Source: Vitrella brassicaformis CCMP3155 | Taxonomy: Eukaryota; Protista; Chromerida | Direction of reading: 5' to 3' | Assembly: GCA_001179505.1 (NCBI GenBank) | Contig: CDMY01000345.1 | Span: 45,776-109,775 of the forward strand | Length of the DNA stretch: 64,000 bases | Part shown: positions 22,916 to 35,586 of the stretch, piece after piece | How the letters are laid out: each line of letters opens with the position of its first letter | Numbering within the stretch: the stretch's first letter is position 1 | Made by a program: the position numbers and the translations under genes | The notes under the pieces: generated by a model | The model's input: the letters and a program-made list of their open reading frames with translations, nothing else | Databases searched by the model: none | Told to the model about the DNA's origin: nothing

Positions 22916-25582
22916 ATGTGGCTACAGTTGCTTCTGGCACTGGTGGCCTTACAGGGACCACAGGGGGATGCCCAAGTGATTGCGGGTGTGCGACCGCCGG
23001 GAATGAGGCTGAAGAAGCAACAGGCAATTCCAAGCAGAGGGAAGCAGCACCAGGCCCGAGAAAGTGTTGGTACGGACAGCCAATCAATCGCACAGGCGTT
23101 CACACAGACACACACCGCATCTTTGTATCTGTCTGTCTGTTGCTTTGCAGTGGCTGTCGCGCCTGGGCCGCCTCCAGGCTACTTTAGTGAGCCCACACCG
23201 GAGTACACAGATGAGTTCCAGGGCAGCCGGCTCGATCTGGGCAAATGGCATAAACGCCGTGAGTGCAAGTTCACGTCATTGAGCTGTCAAAGGCCAGAGC
23301 AGGTGAATAGCATGGCGGGCGGGCGGGTGGTGGATATATGGATAAACAGATGGTTACACAACGCAGGGCAGGCGGGATGGATGGATGGAATCGGTGGTGT
23401 CTGTCTGTCGCGTGTGGTGTGTCCACCAGGTGAGTGTGTCTGACGGCCTGATGCGCATCAAGCTCGAGAGCGTGGAGCAGAACATCACCGTGCAGATCCC
23501 AGAGTCACAAGGCTGTCCCGAAAACGATACCATGGACGGCTGTACGAGGGACTTCAAATACTTCGGGGGTAAGTGAGTGAAGTGTCCGGCAGTGTCCGGC
23601 GGACTGGACCCCACACGTCCGTCCCTGCGTGCATTTGTGTGCGCCGCCGCGTGTTGTGTGTAGGTGGCATCATCAGCAACTTCAACGTGTCCTTTGGGTA
23701 CGCCGAGGCGCGCATCAAGTCCTGGAAGGATGGAGGGTGGTGGCAGGCCTTCTGGTCGGCCACGGCTGACACGCAGGTGGCCGGCGCCTGTGAGATCTGC
23801 AACATTGAGGGCTTCCCCAGGCAGCAGGTGGACGTTTGCGAAATCAACTCAGGTACGTCCAACGACAGACACATAGTGCCCGACCATCCATCCATCCATC
23901 CATCCAAACATCCTTCCCTTGTTTGTTTCGTGCAGGCATCAGCATAGCCCAGTGGAACTTGATCAAGTGGTCACCGGACCCTGGCACGTACTATAGCGGC
24001 CGATTTGCCGAGCTGCCGGGCCTCGTTGACAAGTGGACGGTGTGGGGAGTTGAATACACGCCAAACTACGTACGCGTCGAAAGACGTGCAGAGAAGGCCA
24101 CCTGAGTTGACTGACACACAAAGGCTCTCCTGTGTGCAGAACCGCATATGGAAGGATGGCGTGTTCCTCGGCACTCTCGACAACCGGTACATGACGGTGC
24201 AGGAGCTGACTGAGTGGCACTGGTGGATCACCGCCATCCTCACCTCATCGAGCCTCGCTAACATGGACGAGACCAACCTGCCCAGGCGCATTTGTAGCCG
24301 ACTACTTCAGATGGTACGACATGGACCCCGGCAAAAAGCTCGTCTTCCCGCCTTTGACCAACACGGACGCCTTCCCGCGTGTTACCCTCCCTCCCTACCC
24401 CGCCGACACACACACCCTTTCCCCATCCGTCCGGGCCTTCACTGTCGCTTTCTGGGTCAAACACGATCCGTCCCTTGTGGAGGAACTCTTGGCTGGTGGT
24501 GAGGAGGGGGCGCCGTATGTGACTTATTCCGTTGCTGGGGTGGACGGCAGTGCGGAGGAGCTGTCCGTCAAGTCAGCTCCAGGCGGCAAGCTGAGGATAA
24601 CGGTTGCTGGGGAAACGGTGGATGTGGACGAGTTCTGGCTGAGTGAGTGGATGCATGGCATGTGCACATCAGCCAGCTACGCACCGACAACGAATCCATC
24701 TCATCTCATCTCTTAATTCATCTTGTGTGGGCGTGGGTGTCTTCTTTGTGCTGTGCACTGCAGGTGATGACATCGATATCCTTGGGTGGACTCATGTTGG
24801 TGTGACATACGACGGATATGATCTGATCGTCTTCCGCAACGCAGAGGTGGTGCTCACCGAGGCGCTATGGGTGAGTGGGTGTGTGAGACACACGGAACAA
24901 AGCGCACCCACCTGTGCAAGCAGGCACATCTGTGTGTCTTGTGGTGTGCAGGAGGACGACCCATTCAAGTCCCGCAATGGGCTCAATCGTAATGGCATCC
25001 TGACGGCGGGGCACATCTACACCCTCTCAACCGAGACCGGCGAGCTGTTGCCAGACAGGTCTTTTGCAGGAGAGCTCGCCCATGTGAAGCTATTCACGTC
25101 AGCCCTCTCCAAGAGAGACTTCTCTTCACTGTGAGCTCCTCTCCCCCACCGACCCAACCACTCACCCACCCACCAGCCTTCACCCACATCCCTCTGCTGC
25201 GCACCGCATCGCACTGGTCTCTCTGTCTGTCTGTCTGTCTGTCTGTCTGTCGTCCAGGTACTTTTGCCTGAACGTCTATGGCGACTGGTTCGACTCACAG
25301 CTGGGCTAACAGACGGATGGGGGCGCCACAGCGACATCGCCTGACGACCTCACGTGTCCCGACCGAATGGACGGCCCCTTCTATCCCGCCGATGACGGGG
25401 TGGCAGACGAGGAGCGCGAGGCGCACCCCTTCAGTGGCTTCTTCGCGTCGGGGTACCAGCCCTTCTTCAACAGTAGCGCCATCCTGTATCCTGCTGTGAA
25501 GGAAACTGATAACATGACTGAGACGTACGTATACAACACACAGCGTGGATGGGTAGACCCGCACGGCTGGATGGGCTGGTAG
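22916..25582 (+). pseudogene. Secreted GH16-fold plus LamG/pentraxin-like protein with apparent lesions
   Basis: Signal peptide MWLQLLLALVALQG. GH16 motifs DEFQGSRLDLGKW, FGYAEARIK, WQAFW, QVDVCE, WGVEYTP, ADYFRWY. LamG motifs FTVAFWVK, WTHVGVTYDG, FAGELAHV. One extra C at 24281-24283 and an in-frame TAA at 25307-25309. Confidence 0.7.
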
Positions 25583-26581
25583 TGAAGGTAATTGACAACA
25601 TGACTGCTGGGGAAAAGGAATTGTGTTCGTGAATGATGGAATTGTGTTGTTGGTCATTTTGTCAGACAGTGTGTGTGCGTGTTGCGTGTTGCGTTGTGGG
25701 TGTGGGTGTAGTGGAGGTATGTGTGTGCGCGTGAGCAGAGATGGAGGCACGACACACTGCTGTTGGATTTGTGGTGTTTTTCCTGCCTGCTGACACGCGT
25801 CTCGCTAGCTGTCTGTGCTGCTGTGTCCGTGCCCCCTCTCTCCTCCCGTGTGTATCTGTGGATATGTGGGTGTACATAAGCGCTCTCTCATATGCGACAG
25901 CATAACGTGCATCCATGTTCGTGTTCGTGTTCGTGTTCGTGTGTGTGTGGCTCCGTGCGTGTGCGTGGTTTTCCTCCGGTCGTGCCGCATGCGGCACGTA
26001 CAGGCGCCTTGATGCGTGAGTGCATCCGAGGCAGCCAGCGGAGGGAATAGCAGACTGAGACATGCACGTCTGCGTAGGTCAACGTAGGAACTATATGCTA
26101 TGCTGGATGTGCGTGTATGTATGGTCATCAGGCCTGCGATATTTTCTCTTAGAGGCGTTTTTCGTGAGTAAGGGTGCGGTACGGTGCATGCGTACGTGTG
26201 TTCACATGAATTCACATGAATGTCTCACTCTCGAATCTACCTGACTGACTTCTGCAAGTCCAATTAACCAACCCATTCATACTCACTGACGGTCCGAAGA
26301 AGAGGCTCATTGTGTGTGTTCGATCATGGAATCGGTGGATGGGATGCAGCTAGCTGTCGAGATCATATATCCCTGTCTGTCATCCGTCCAAATTTCGAGC
26401 TCAGCTGTCGAGATTCGGAGACGGCGCGCGAGACGGGGGCAACTCGACTTGTATGCACACCGAATGAATCGATAGGTCCCCTCAGTCAGTCAACACAGAG
26501 CTCACTCGGCAGCACTCAGGCACTATCAACGCACACACATGGACGGACAAGGCTGACATAGCCACCCATTCCCCCCTGACG

Positions 26582-28240
26582 TCACTGCCCCACCAGCAAG
26601 GCCTCGTCCACCGCCGCAAACAGCCGCGTGCACTCGTCCTGGTTGAACACGCTGGCCGCCGTCGCGCCCACGCCATCGTCGTCATTGTCAGGCATGCCCT
26701 CCCACACACCCGTGTGGCTCTCACTCTCCCGCAGGTGGACGTACAGCGTCGCAAACAGCGCCCAGGACCGGTGCCCGCCTTGGCTGGCGGCAGCAGCATC
26801 GCCTTGGTCGGTGTCAGCGGCGGTCATGACGGGGAATGGGAGGGCCTTCAATGGGCCCATCACACCCTGCACCAAGGGGCCGCAGGAGGGGTGCCTGGTA
26901 TGCCAGGCAGCCAAACAGACAGGGACCAATCGCACCAAGTCAGATAAGTGTCTCTGTGTTCGTCACTGGTTGTCTCATTCACTTGTGTGAGAGGTAGCTG
27001 GCGAAGAGCAGCAGTGGGGGGCCGCGCACAAAAAAGGGCGCCAGGAACATCAGAAAGGGATACACACACACATCCAGGCTGCCCAAGATGCACGCTGCAA
27101 CCGACGACAACACACACATGGCAGGCGTACAGACAGAGACACGCAGAGAGATGCTCATCCATGACGCTCGTCAATCGGTCGACAGCAGGCGTCTGTCTCA
27201 CTCACTCTCTGGGACGAAGAATCTTCTCTGCCACTCGCGCAGCCTCGACTGCTCCCCACCCGGACAGAACACATCATGGAACAGAGACAGGGCACCTGCA
27301 CACACACAGGCAAACACACAGAGACGAGAAATGGCGACACCAGCAGTGCAGTATGCATGTGTGTGTGTCCTGTCGCGTGGCTGACCGTCTGGTCCCCTGG
27401 GGTGTGTCTGTCTTTGTGTGACGGTCTCGACGCCCCCGCCATGGTCGTCTCCTCGCCCACCTCGAGCTGCATGTAGGTGTAGCTCTGCCACAGACAGCGA
27501 CTCATCTCCTGCCAGCCGACGACACTCCCAGGCCGACACTCCTGCACACCACAGAGGGAGGAGCGACACACGAGTCAGTCAGAACGACGGTAGGTCGTGG
27601 TGGGGTCGGCTTGCCAGGAATTCTGCGGCGATCCTGAGCTGTGCCTCGGGTGTGAGAGCAGGCCTCGCGCGATAGGCCAGGATGAGACTCTCGTCGTCAC
27701 CCCTGCACATACATCAGACAGACAGACAGACACTGCTGTATGGTATGCATCCTTTGCTAATGGTCTTTTGGTGTGCCTGCCTGCCTGCCTGCCTGATCCA
27801 CCTACCCTGATCGCTGGATGTACTCTCTCGTGTACTGCTCCTGCAGCTCCGGCAGCACACCAAGATGCATCCATCGAAAGACACACACACACACACGGAG
27901 GGCCCCCCTCAATCCTGTCCCTGTCTCTCTGTCTGTCTGTCTGTGTGCCCCACCCACCAGTCGTGTCCGTTCTGTGGGTGATATGAGTCCCTGTGTGAGC
28001 ATCTGCCGCAGCGCCTCCTCCTGCAGCAGCACCAACAAGAGCTCCAGCGCCACCATGTTGGACGCGTCGCCACGCACGCAGCTCTCAAACAGATCACGGC
28101 ACTGAATGACACACAAACACACAGACGCAGACAGACGAGACGTCCGATATGGGCGGCCAAGGGTGTGTGTGGCAGTGCTGGTGCTGGTTACGGTGTCTGA
28201 TGCGCGCTCGATGAGGAAGGCGAGAGTCGGCGGAGGGGTC
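26582..28240 (-). CDS. Hypothetical multi-exon helical protein
   Basis: Coding-like exons separated by typical microsatellite introns (CRDLFESCVRGDASNMVALELLLVLLQEEALRQML; DDESLILAYRARPALTPEAQLRIAAEFL; ..ECTRLFAAVDEALLVGQ*). No family recognised; boundaries approximate. Confidence 0.4.
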
Positions 28241-28710
28241 TGCCATGCCAGGCACACAACGGATGGACAGCACATGACATGACATGACACGACATGCGTC
28301 CATCGATCGTCAATGTCCCTCTCTGGCCTGGCCACCCCGTCACCGTACCCTGTCGGCCTCGATGTATCCCACGATGGCCTTGAGCACCACCCTGACAACC
28401 ACAAACACACACACACACACACACACTCAACGCGTCCTCTGTCTGGACCAGAACTGATTATTAATGTGAATGGAGAGGAATGCGCGTGAATGGACATGAC
28501 TGACTGACTCGCACAAGCGGACGGGTAATTGAGTGCCCCTCGGGACACCCGCACAGACGCACCAAAAGCGCTCAACCAGACAGACAGACAGAACCATTCA
28601 CCTCACACACACACACGGGCACTCGTCCGCAACTCACTTTGTCCATTCAATCATCGAGGCATCACTTTCGCTTACTCAAAAAACAAGCGGCAAACCAATG
28701 AGTGACTTGA

Positions 28711-29997
28711 TCACTCATAAGGCTGCCCCCCCATGTCCTCCCGTCTTGCCCACACAAAACCTGCCGGAAGTGGCGCTGCGCCGCTCTTGATGTCGTCAAC
28801 AAACCGCGCTATGCACGCCCTCTGCTTCGACTCGGTGGCGACTCTTCTGTACTCCTCGCTCCCTGGAAAATCGTCATCCTCGTCATCGAACTCGTCTCGA
28901 GGCTCCGCCGAGGCTTTGAGTGGCTGGCGGCTACTGAGGTAGTCGACGAGGTAGTTGGCCGCTTCGTGCAGGTCGCAGTTGACTTCCTGGGAGGCTCTGT
29001 CCTTGGGAAGCTGCTTGACCAGTCGACAGGCCGACCCATTCGTCAAAAGACCGATGAGGGGCAGGTTGCTGTCGCGGTGGTAATGGTTGTGCCGTCGCTT
29101 GATCATCAGCAGCTCCCCACGGATCTGGCCTTCGAAACCGGCGTCCGTCACCTTCTCCCCAGGAGCCTTGGCCTCCACCACCACCACCATCTCACCCATA
29201 GCCGGCTCGATGGGCGGCCGGAGTAGCCCATGACGATACACAGAAGACTCCGGCAGAATGGCGATATCTCCCGGGCTTCCTCTCAACTCCAAAGGTTCCT
29301 CGTCGCTGGGGTTCAGTCTGCACTGCTTGTACTTGTCGGTGAACGCCAAGCCCCATTTGCCGCTGCCAGGGGCAGCCGTTGCTGTCAGGACGGCTGGCAG
29401 GACGGTTTCGAACATGAAAGACATGACGTGGTCTTCCGGGTTAGACGCCTTCTCGGGAGGCGTGGGGCCGAGTGTGAAGTGTCCTGGCGTGAAGGGCTGA
29501 TCTCGCTTCAGAATGGCGGTGCTCTGCTCATCCCACGAAGTGACGTCTAAGCCCAGCTTTGCCTGGTCCGCCGGAATGTTGCTCAACTGATAGGATGCAA
29601 ACTACAGACATACCATGGCAGACATATAAAGGAAACAGACTGACTGAGTTGCGTCTGCACGTGTGTATACCTCATCAGGCAAGCGGAACACCAGAGGATT
29701 CTCCTTGGAGTCACCCATTCCGCGTAGCGCATCCGACACCCCCGCTGCGTTGTCCAGGTTCATCGGTGTGCCATCACCATCGATCAGTACGGTGTGTCGC
29801 GCCTTCTGGAAGCTGCCAGCGACTCTTTCCTTCAGCGTCATGACAATGGAGCTTGCTCCAACTTGTAGAGGGTAGCTGTCACCCTCACCCTCTAGCCTGA
29901 CGTACTTCGTCAAGAGTGCGGCCTTCTCTGGTCTCTCACGGAGACTCTCAGCTCCGGCAGTGGAGGGGCGCTTCTGCTTCTCGCCGCTCATCATCAA
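28711..29997 (-). CDS. Ubiquitin-like header plus PD-(D/E)xK restriction-endonuclease-fold protein (Crinkler-type-like)
   Basis: Exon 1 KYVRLEGEGDSYPLQV..TLKERV..ENPLVFRL is a beta-grasp-like pattern; phase-0 intron 29587-29670. Exon 2 carries SPGDIAIL..VVVEAK..EGQIRGEL..LIGLLTNGSACRLVK. Confidence 0.72.
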
Positions 29998-31122
29998 AGA
30001 GAGAAGGCCTTTTCTCGCGCGCTAGCGAGCTTGTGCCGTTGTGGGTGTACTTATGCGCAGGCGCACCTTAGATGTATAGTCTCTCCTTAGATATACAATC
30101 TTACCCTTAACCACCACCTTAGATCCATTCTCTTGATAGGTATTAGGCCCATAAGTCCTATGCTGGTTTGGCTTTGGCTTGGACGCACTGTCTCTAGATA
30201 GACCCACACACAGACAGACAGTGTGTCCATTCATTCATTCATCGAGGCATGTCCCACTTCCATTCATCCACTGTCTCTCTCTCTCTCTTACCTCTCTCTC
30301 ACCCTCTCTCTGCCGGTGAAGGCCTGGACAGCTCTCGCCATCGGTCGGCCAGCCGAGCCACGGCTGCTATGCTATAGAAGGAGTTAGTCAGCCAGGACGG
30401 ATGGGCGGGTGGGTGAGGGCACCTGCCTGCCTGCCTGCAAGGTCCCCAAACAGAGACAGACAGGTGACCCCCCTCCCTCTACACGCAGATAGATACGTCA
30501 GCAAGGTAGATAGAATGCAGTGAGTGAGTGAGTGAGTCAAAATCGGTGCAATGCAATGCCAATCACTCAGTGCAAAAACAGGCTGGGGATGGTCGTCTGT
30601 ACACATGACCAAGGATGTATGTATGTGCGTATGTATGCAATACAGTCAGTCCCGCGTGGCACGCACGGGTCGGCCAAAAGCACCACTATCTATCCACAGG
30701 CACTAGGTCCCCCTATATCAGCGGGTCAGGCAGTCAGTCGATAAAGACGAATGGCAGGCACTCTCATTCCGGTAGCTAGTATGTATGCCTCACATACGTG
30801 CCAGCCGCGCCCATTTAGTCATTGTACACCCCTGCCCCCCAGACCCAACATGATACATACCAGCGAGACGAATGAATGCCAAAAGAGACCCAGCACCCAC
30901 CCACCCTTACACAGATAAACCAATGTGCGAGCACTTCGCTGTCCCTCTCTTACCTTTCTCTCCTCTGCAGCGCAGCAATCGTCCATACGATATCGCCCAC
31001 TCACGGTGACCCAGCCGGTTGGCAAGATACATACATAATGCTATCGACACCCTTAGATTTCCCTCCGCCCACCCATTCGTTCCAACCGTCTGTCTTCTTA
31101 AGACTGACTGACAGTCTGCTAT

Positions 31123-32595
31123 CTATCGGTCAGCATCCGCGAGCACAAAGCTCGTCTGCTCCAGCACTTGCCGCCCTCCAGGGAGACTTGGTGACAACGC
31201 TGGCAGCCGCATGCCGCTTTCTGCCTCGGAGGGGAAGACATCCGCCCCTCCACCCCTTGCCCACACACGCTCGGACAGGCCGAATATCAGCTGCCTCAGC
31301 GGCCGCCTCTCAGCTGTGGGTGTCTGTGATAATGCTGTGTCCTGTGCTGCTGGTGTTGCTGCTGTCTGTGCTGATGCGTCTGCCTTGAGGGATCGCTGTG
31401 CGGCCCTGGGTGTGAGTACGGCTTGGTACTGGTCGTTGTTCTGCAGCAGCTTGATGGCCGTGGCCACCATGGGGTCGTACTGCAGGTTCTGGGAGAGGCG
31501 GAGGGTATCGGGCAGATACCTGCACACAGGGAGGGAGGGAGGGAGGGAGGAACGCATCAACACCAGGTGTGTGTGTGCCTGCATTTGGTGGAGGTGATGT
31601 GTGATTGCCTTTGTTTGATGGCGTCTGCGAGGTCGAGTTTGAGTTCCTTTGCGTTGCGGACAAAGTCATTCTTGATCTCCTTGGCCAAGTCCTCCCTGCA
31701 GCCAGTCAAAGACGCCATATATCATATGCTCTCCTGTTTGCACTGGGTCGTGTATGTATGTCTGTCTATGTGACCTACCTGAGTTGTTGTATTCCCTTTT
31801 CGACCGCCTTTGTGTACGACTGGTCGCTGCGGTCCAACTCCTTCAGCAACGTACCTGCTCACACACAAGAGACAGACACAGGGAGGGAGGCCGGATCCCC
31901 CCACACATCACACACATGGGGTGGTGTGCCTTGTCCGTCCGGGCTCTCTCACCTAGGTCGTTGAGTTGCGATGCGTAGAGTGTGTCGAGTTTGATCTTGC
32001 CGCTCTTGACGCGCTCCAACACCCACCTGTGACCATATATGAAGGCGCAGGGCAGGCATGGTGGAATCAAGGATACTCGTCTGTCTGCATGATGTGTGTC
32101 CATCCATCGAGGGATGTATGTTTGTCGGGTAGGTACCCTTGGAAAGCGTCGTAGATGTCGTCAATCTGGCTGTCGATCTCACCACGATACTGCACACAGT
32201 GCAGTGCAATGGGCGGGCACAGATATGATGCCTGTGTGAGAGTCTGTCTGGTGTGGGTCGCCCCCCACCCACCTCATTGAATTTGGACCACTCAGCCGCA
32301 TAGTCGAACATAGCTCCCTGATACGATACACAAACACAGGACGCGGGACACACACGTGTGTCGGTGTTCCTTCCCCACCACACCCACCCACACACACACA
32401 CACACGCACACACACGAGGAAGAGCCCTTTGGGGGTACATACCTGTGAGATGAGTGTGATCTCGAGAGGAGAGGTCTTGGGCAGGTTGACCTTGACGTCG
32501 GCCTCGATGCCGCCACCGTCGCGCACGTACCGACCCCCACGCGTCTTGAACACCTTCCTCTCGCTCTCGGATATCTCGTCCGACAGATACCTACA

Positions 32596-32631
<36 letters not shown>

Positions 32632-35211
32632 CATGGATGAAACCATATGCGCCGTGTGTCTGTCTGTGGACCCACATGTCTGTCTGTCACACACCTGAGG
32701 TCGCTGTCGTCAGCCTTCCTCCGTCCGTTCCTCCGTGACTGTGGGTCGGTCGTCGATGGCCCATTATTGTTCTCCTGCGGGGCCGTGGGTGTGCCCTGGG
32801 TGTCCTCGTTGGGTGTTGTGGTTGAGGCGTCGGCCATGTTGACGCCGCCCTCCGAGTACTTGACGCTCTGGATGCACCGACCGCTGGGCGTGTAATACCT
32901 GCACGCAGGCATGCCGAGAGGGGGGGAGAAGGCGCGTGTTGCTCTCTATCTCTCTTTGTTGCTCTGTCTCTCTTTCGCATCAATCGATCTGATTCAGGCT
33001 GATGGCCGGCTGACTTTGCGACGGTATATTTGAGAGCGGTGTCAAAGGGAAGGGCCTCGACGTTCTGGACCAGACCCTTGCCGAACGTCCTGCAGCAGCC
33101 TCACACACGCATGGATGGATGGATGGATGGATTGCGTGATCTGGCTACTTACTGGCTCACTCACTCACCTTCCTGTGCCGACGATGACGCCACAGTCCAG
33201 GTCCTGAAAGAAGAGACGAATATACGAATGGGCTGGCCCTGCTTGCCTGCCTGGGCATCGATCGCATCGATGTATGAAACCCCCACTGACTGACCTGTAT
33301 GGCTCCCGATACAATCTCAGCTGCAGATGCGGTGGCTTCATTCGTCAGAAGAACCAACTTGACGCTCGGGTCCAACACGGGCTCGGTCGTACTCCTGGTG
33401 GAACATACAATACACACACACGGAACGATGTGTGAACCAACCTCGTGTGTGTGGGCGTGGCGTGTTGGTCGTTCGTTCTCACTCACTTGTAGGCCACTCG
33501 CACGAACGACCGCCCCTGTGCGCTCACTATCTCCGACCCCTATGTATGTCAATCACAGATATATACAATACACGCATCGAATCGACCCATTCATTCATGT
33601 GTCACCCTGTCTGTCTGTCTGTCTTTGTGTGTTGGCTGGGCTGTGAGCTCACCCACTTTGGGTACGAACAGTGAAGCGATGTCGACGGCTGAGTTGAGGA
33701 GGCCGCCAGGGTTGCCCCGCAGGTTCAGCACCACCCCGTCCAGGCCGGCTCGCGGGGCGTTCTGCTGCAGCCAACGGAGCGCCACGCGCATCTCCTGCAC
33801 ACACCCACCCACACAGGCCAGGACACACACAAGGAAGTCAGTCAACTCGGTGTCGCGTATGTATGTCTTGTATGCAATCCAGGCTGACGGCGAATGATGA
33901 GGCTGAGAAGCCACTGAGCTGGATGTAACCTACACACGCACGACAGACACGACAGGCAGACAGACAGACAGAGGGATAGATTAGGTAGGACAGGTCAAGT
34001 GCTGAGTGGACTGGGCTGGTGGTACTCCCTCGGTCAGTTAGTTACCGATTCCATCGTCTCTGCTGCCGAGATACTGGAAGAGCTTCACATTAGGGACGCG
34101 GACCAGCCGACGGGTCAGCGTCACCTGAAGAAAGAAGGATAGATACAAACCAAAGCGTGGCGCACTCTCATGCACACGAAGGGGAATGGCATGACCATCC
34201 GTGCACTGAACTCACTGCCCGTCTTCCTTCCTTCTCACTCACCGATTGCAGTCCGTCGACTCCATCCCTGATGAAGGCCACGTTGACTTGCGAGTCAGGC
34301 GGGCCCCTTAGCATGTTCTTGACTGCACACACACCACAACCCCACCCACATGTGTCTCTTGTGGGCCCCGTCTCTTCATTCATACGTCCACCACCCATCC
34401 CTCATTCATTCTACGATAGATACCTTCCTCAGGCGAGAGGTTAGCCACGGGTCTGCCCTCGACCTCCACCAGATGGTCGCCCACCCTCATGCCAGCGTCG
34501 AAGGCATAGCCCTCGAACGCACCCATCACTATGATGCCCGTCGGGTCCTTGCCGCGCTGCGGAAAGGAGGCTCGCTGGGATGGGGATGTTGGCTGGGATG
34601 GTGAGGGTGGGGAGGGGGAGGGGGCGATGCGTTGGGGGATGGGCTCGGCCGACGCCGTGAAGGGGCGGAGGGTGGAGGCCATCGGGCCGATGCTGTCGTC
34701 CTTTGGCTTCTCGGCCTCGAGGATGAGGTCGATCTCCTTGGTGGCCGTGTCAATCACCTGTATGCATGAGGACTTAAAGGAGTGATTGAACGTGCCTCGT
34801 GTGTGTGTGTGTGTGTGTATGTGTGGTGATGACGGCTACCCTACCCTTTGAGGCGGGTTTCTGTCGACGGCAATGACGAGACCCACACCGCCGTAGCGGC
34901 CTGCGACATTCTCACGAAGATCTGACGCTGCCTGCACACATGATAAAGCAGAGCGACGACACCGTGAGAGGATGTGCATGTGTCAGTTTGGCTGGTGTGG
35001 TGACCTGTAGGTTTTCAAACTCCGTGTATGGGTCAAGGCTCCTCAGCATGGCCGTCACGGCCGTGTTGAACAGCTTCTCTGTGTCGACCTTCTCAACGTA
35101 ACCTGAACGAACAATCATTGGGTACCAAACAACCATAATCACTCGACGCCACCCACCCACCGCACGGCACGCACCCAAGTCTCTCTCTGGTGTGTGCCGC
35201 CCAGCTCACCT
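31123..35211 (-). CDS. ctpA: C-terminal processing peptidase, S41A (CtpA/Prc-like) with PDZ domain; 5' end unresolved
   Basis: YVEKVD..TAMLRSLDPYTEF; YGGVGLVI; PDZ AFDAGMRVGDHLVEVEG..MLRGPPDS; GYIQLSGF; VLNLRGNPGGLL; TASAAEIVSGAIQ (catalytic Ser); RTFGKG (catalytic Lys); YYTPSGRCIQ; DGGGIEAD. Confidence 0.92.
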
Positions 35212-35216
35212 CGTAG

Positions 35217-35586
35217 ATGCAGGACGTCGGCCGCATTGCCAGCATCGCTGAAGTGTCTGTGGAGGACTTCGAGGTGTATGGCCGTATCAATTCCATGAGC
35301 AAGATCCAGCTTGACGCGATGCTTTCGAAGTACGGCAAGGTGCTGCAGCAGCCGTCGGAGATGACGCCCGATCTCAAGGAGGGGATTCGAAACTACTTCA
35401 AGCCACCCACGGTGAACACACGAGCGGAGCGTCCGGAGAGAGGGGCACAAAGGCCATGGAATGTTCCTGTGTGGCGTGTAGCGTGTGGCAGGTGTGCAGG
35501 TCGGTGACTCACTGTCTGACGAGGAGCGAGAGGAGCAACAGCTCTTCACGAAGATCGGAAAGCCAGGGACAGCCAAATTACGGTAG
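35217..35586 (+). CDS. Putative short two-exon gene or 3' gene fragment (93 aa) antisense to the CtpA 5' region
   Basis: MQDVGRIASIAEVSVEDFEVYG..DLKEGIRNYFKPPT|VGDSLSDEEREEQQLFTKIGKPGTAKLR*. Codon usage is C/G-ending like neighbouring exons; a typical 88-nt GT..gtgtgcAG intron spans 35412-35499. Confidence 0.5.

Noticed and set aside
25600-26400. Repeat-rich intergenic tract ((GTGTTC)n, ttcacatgaattcacatgaa)
   Set aside because: Simple low-complexity sequence with no ORF or consistent structure.
30022-30234. Relatively AT-rich short ORF upstream of the Ubl-REase gene
   Set aside because: No recognisable motif, no clear splice support and atypical codon usage.
35200-35220. Spliced-leader trans-splicing as the explanation for the AG immediately before ATG 35217
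   Set aside because: No SL sequence is present, other genes here have ordinary first exons, and it would not explain the missing CtpA N-terminus.
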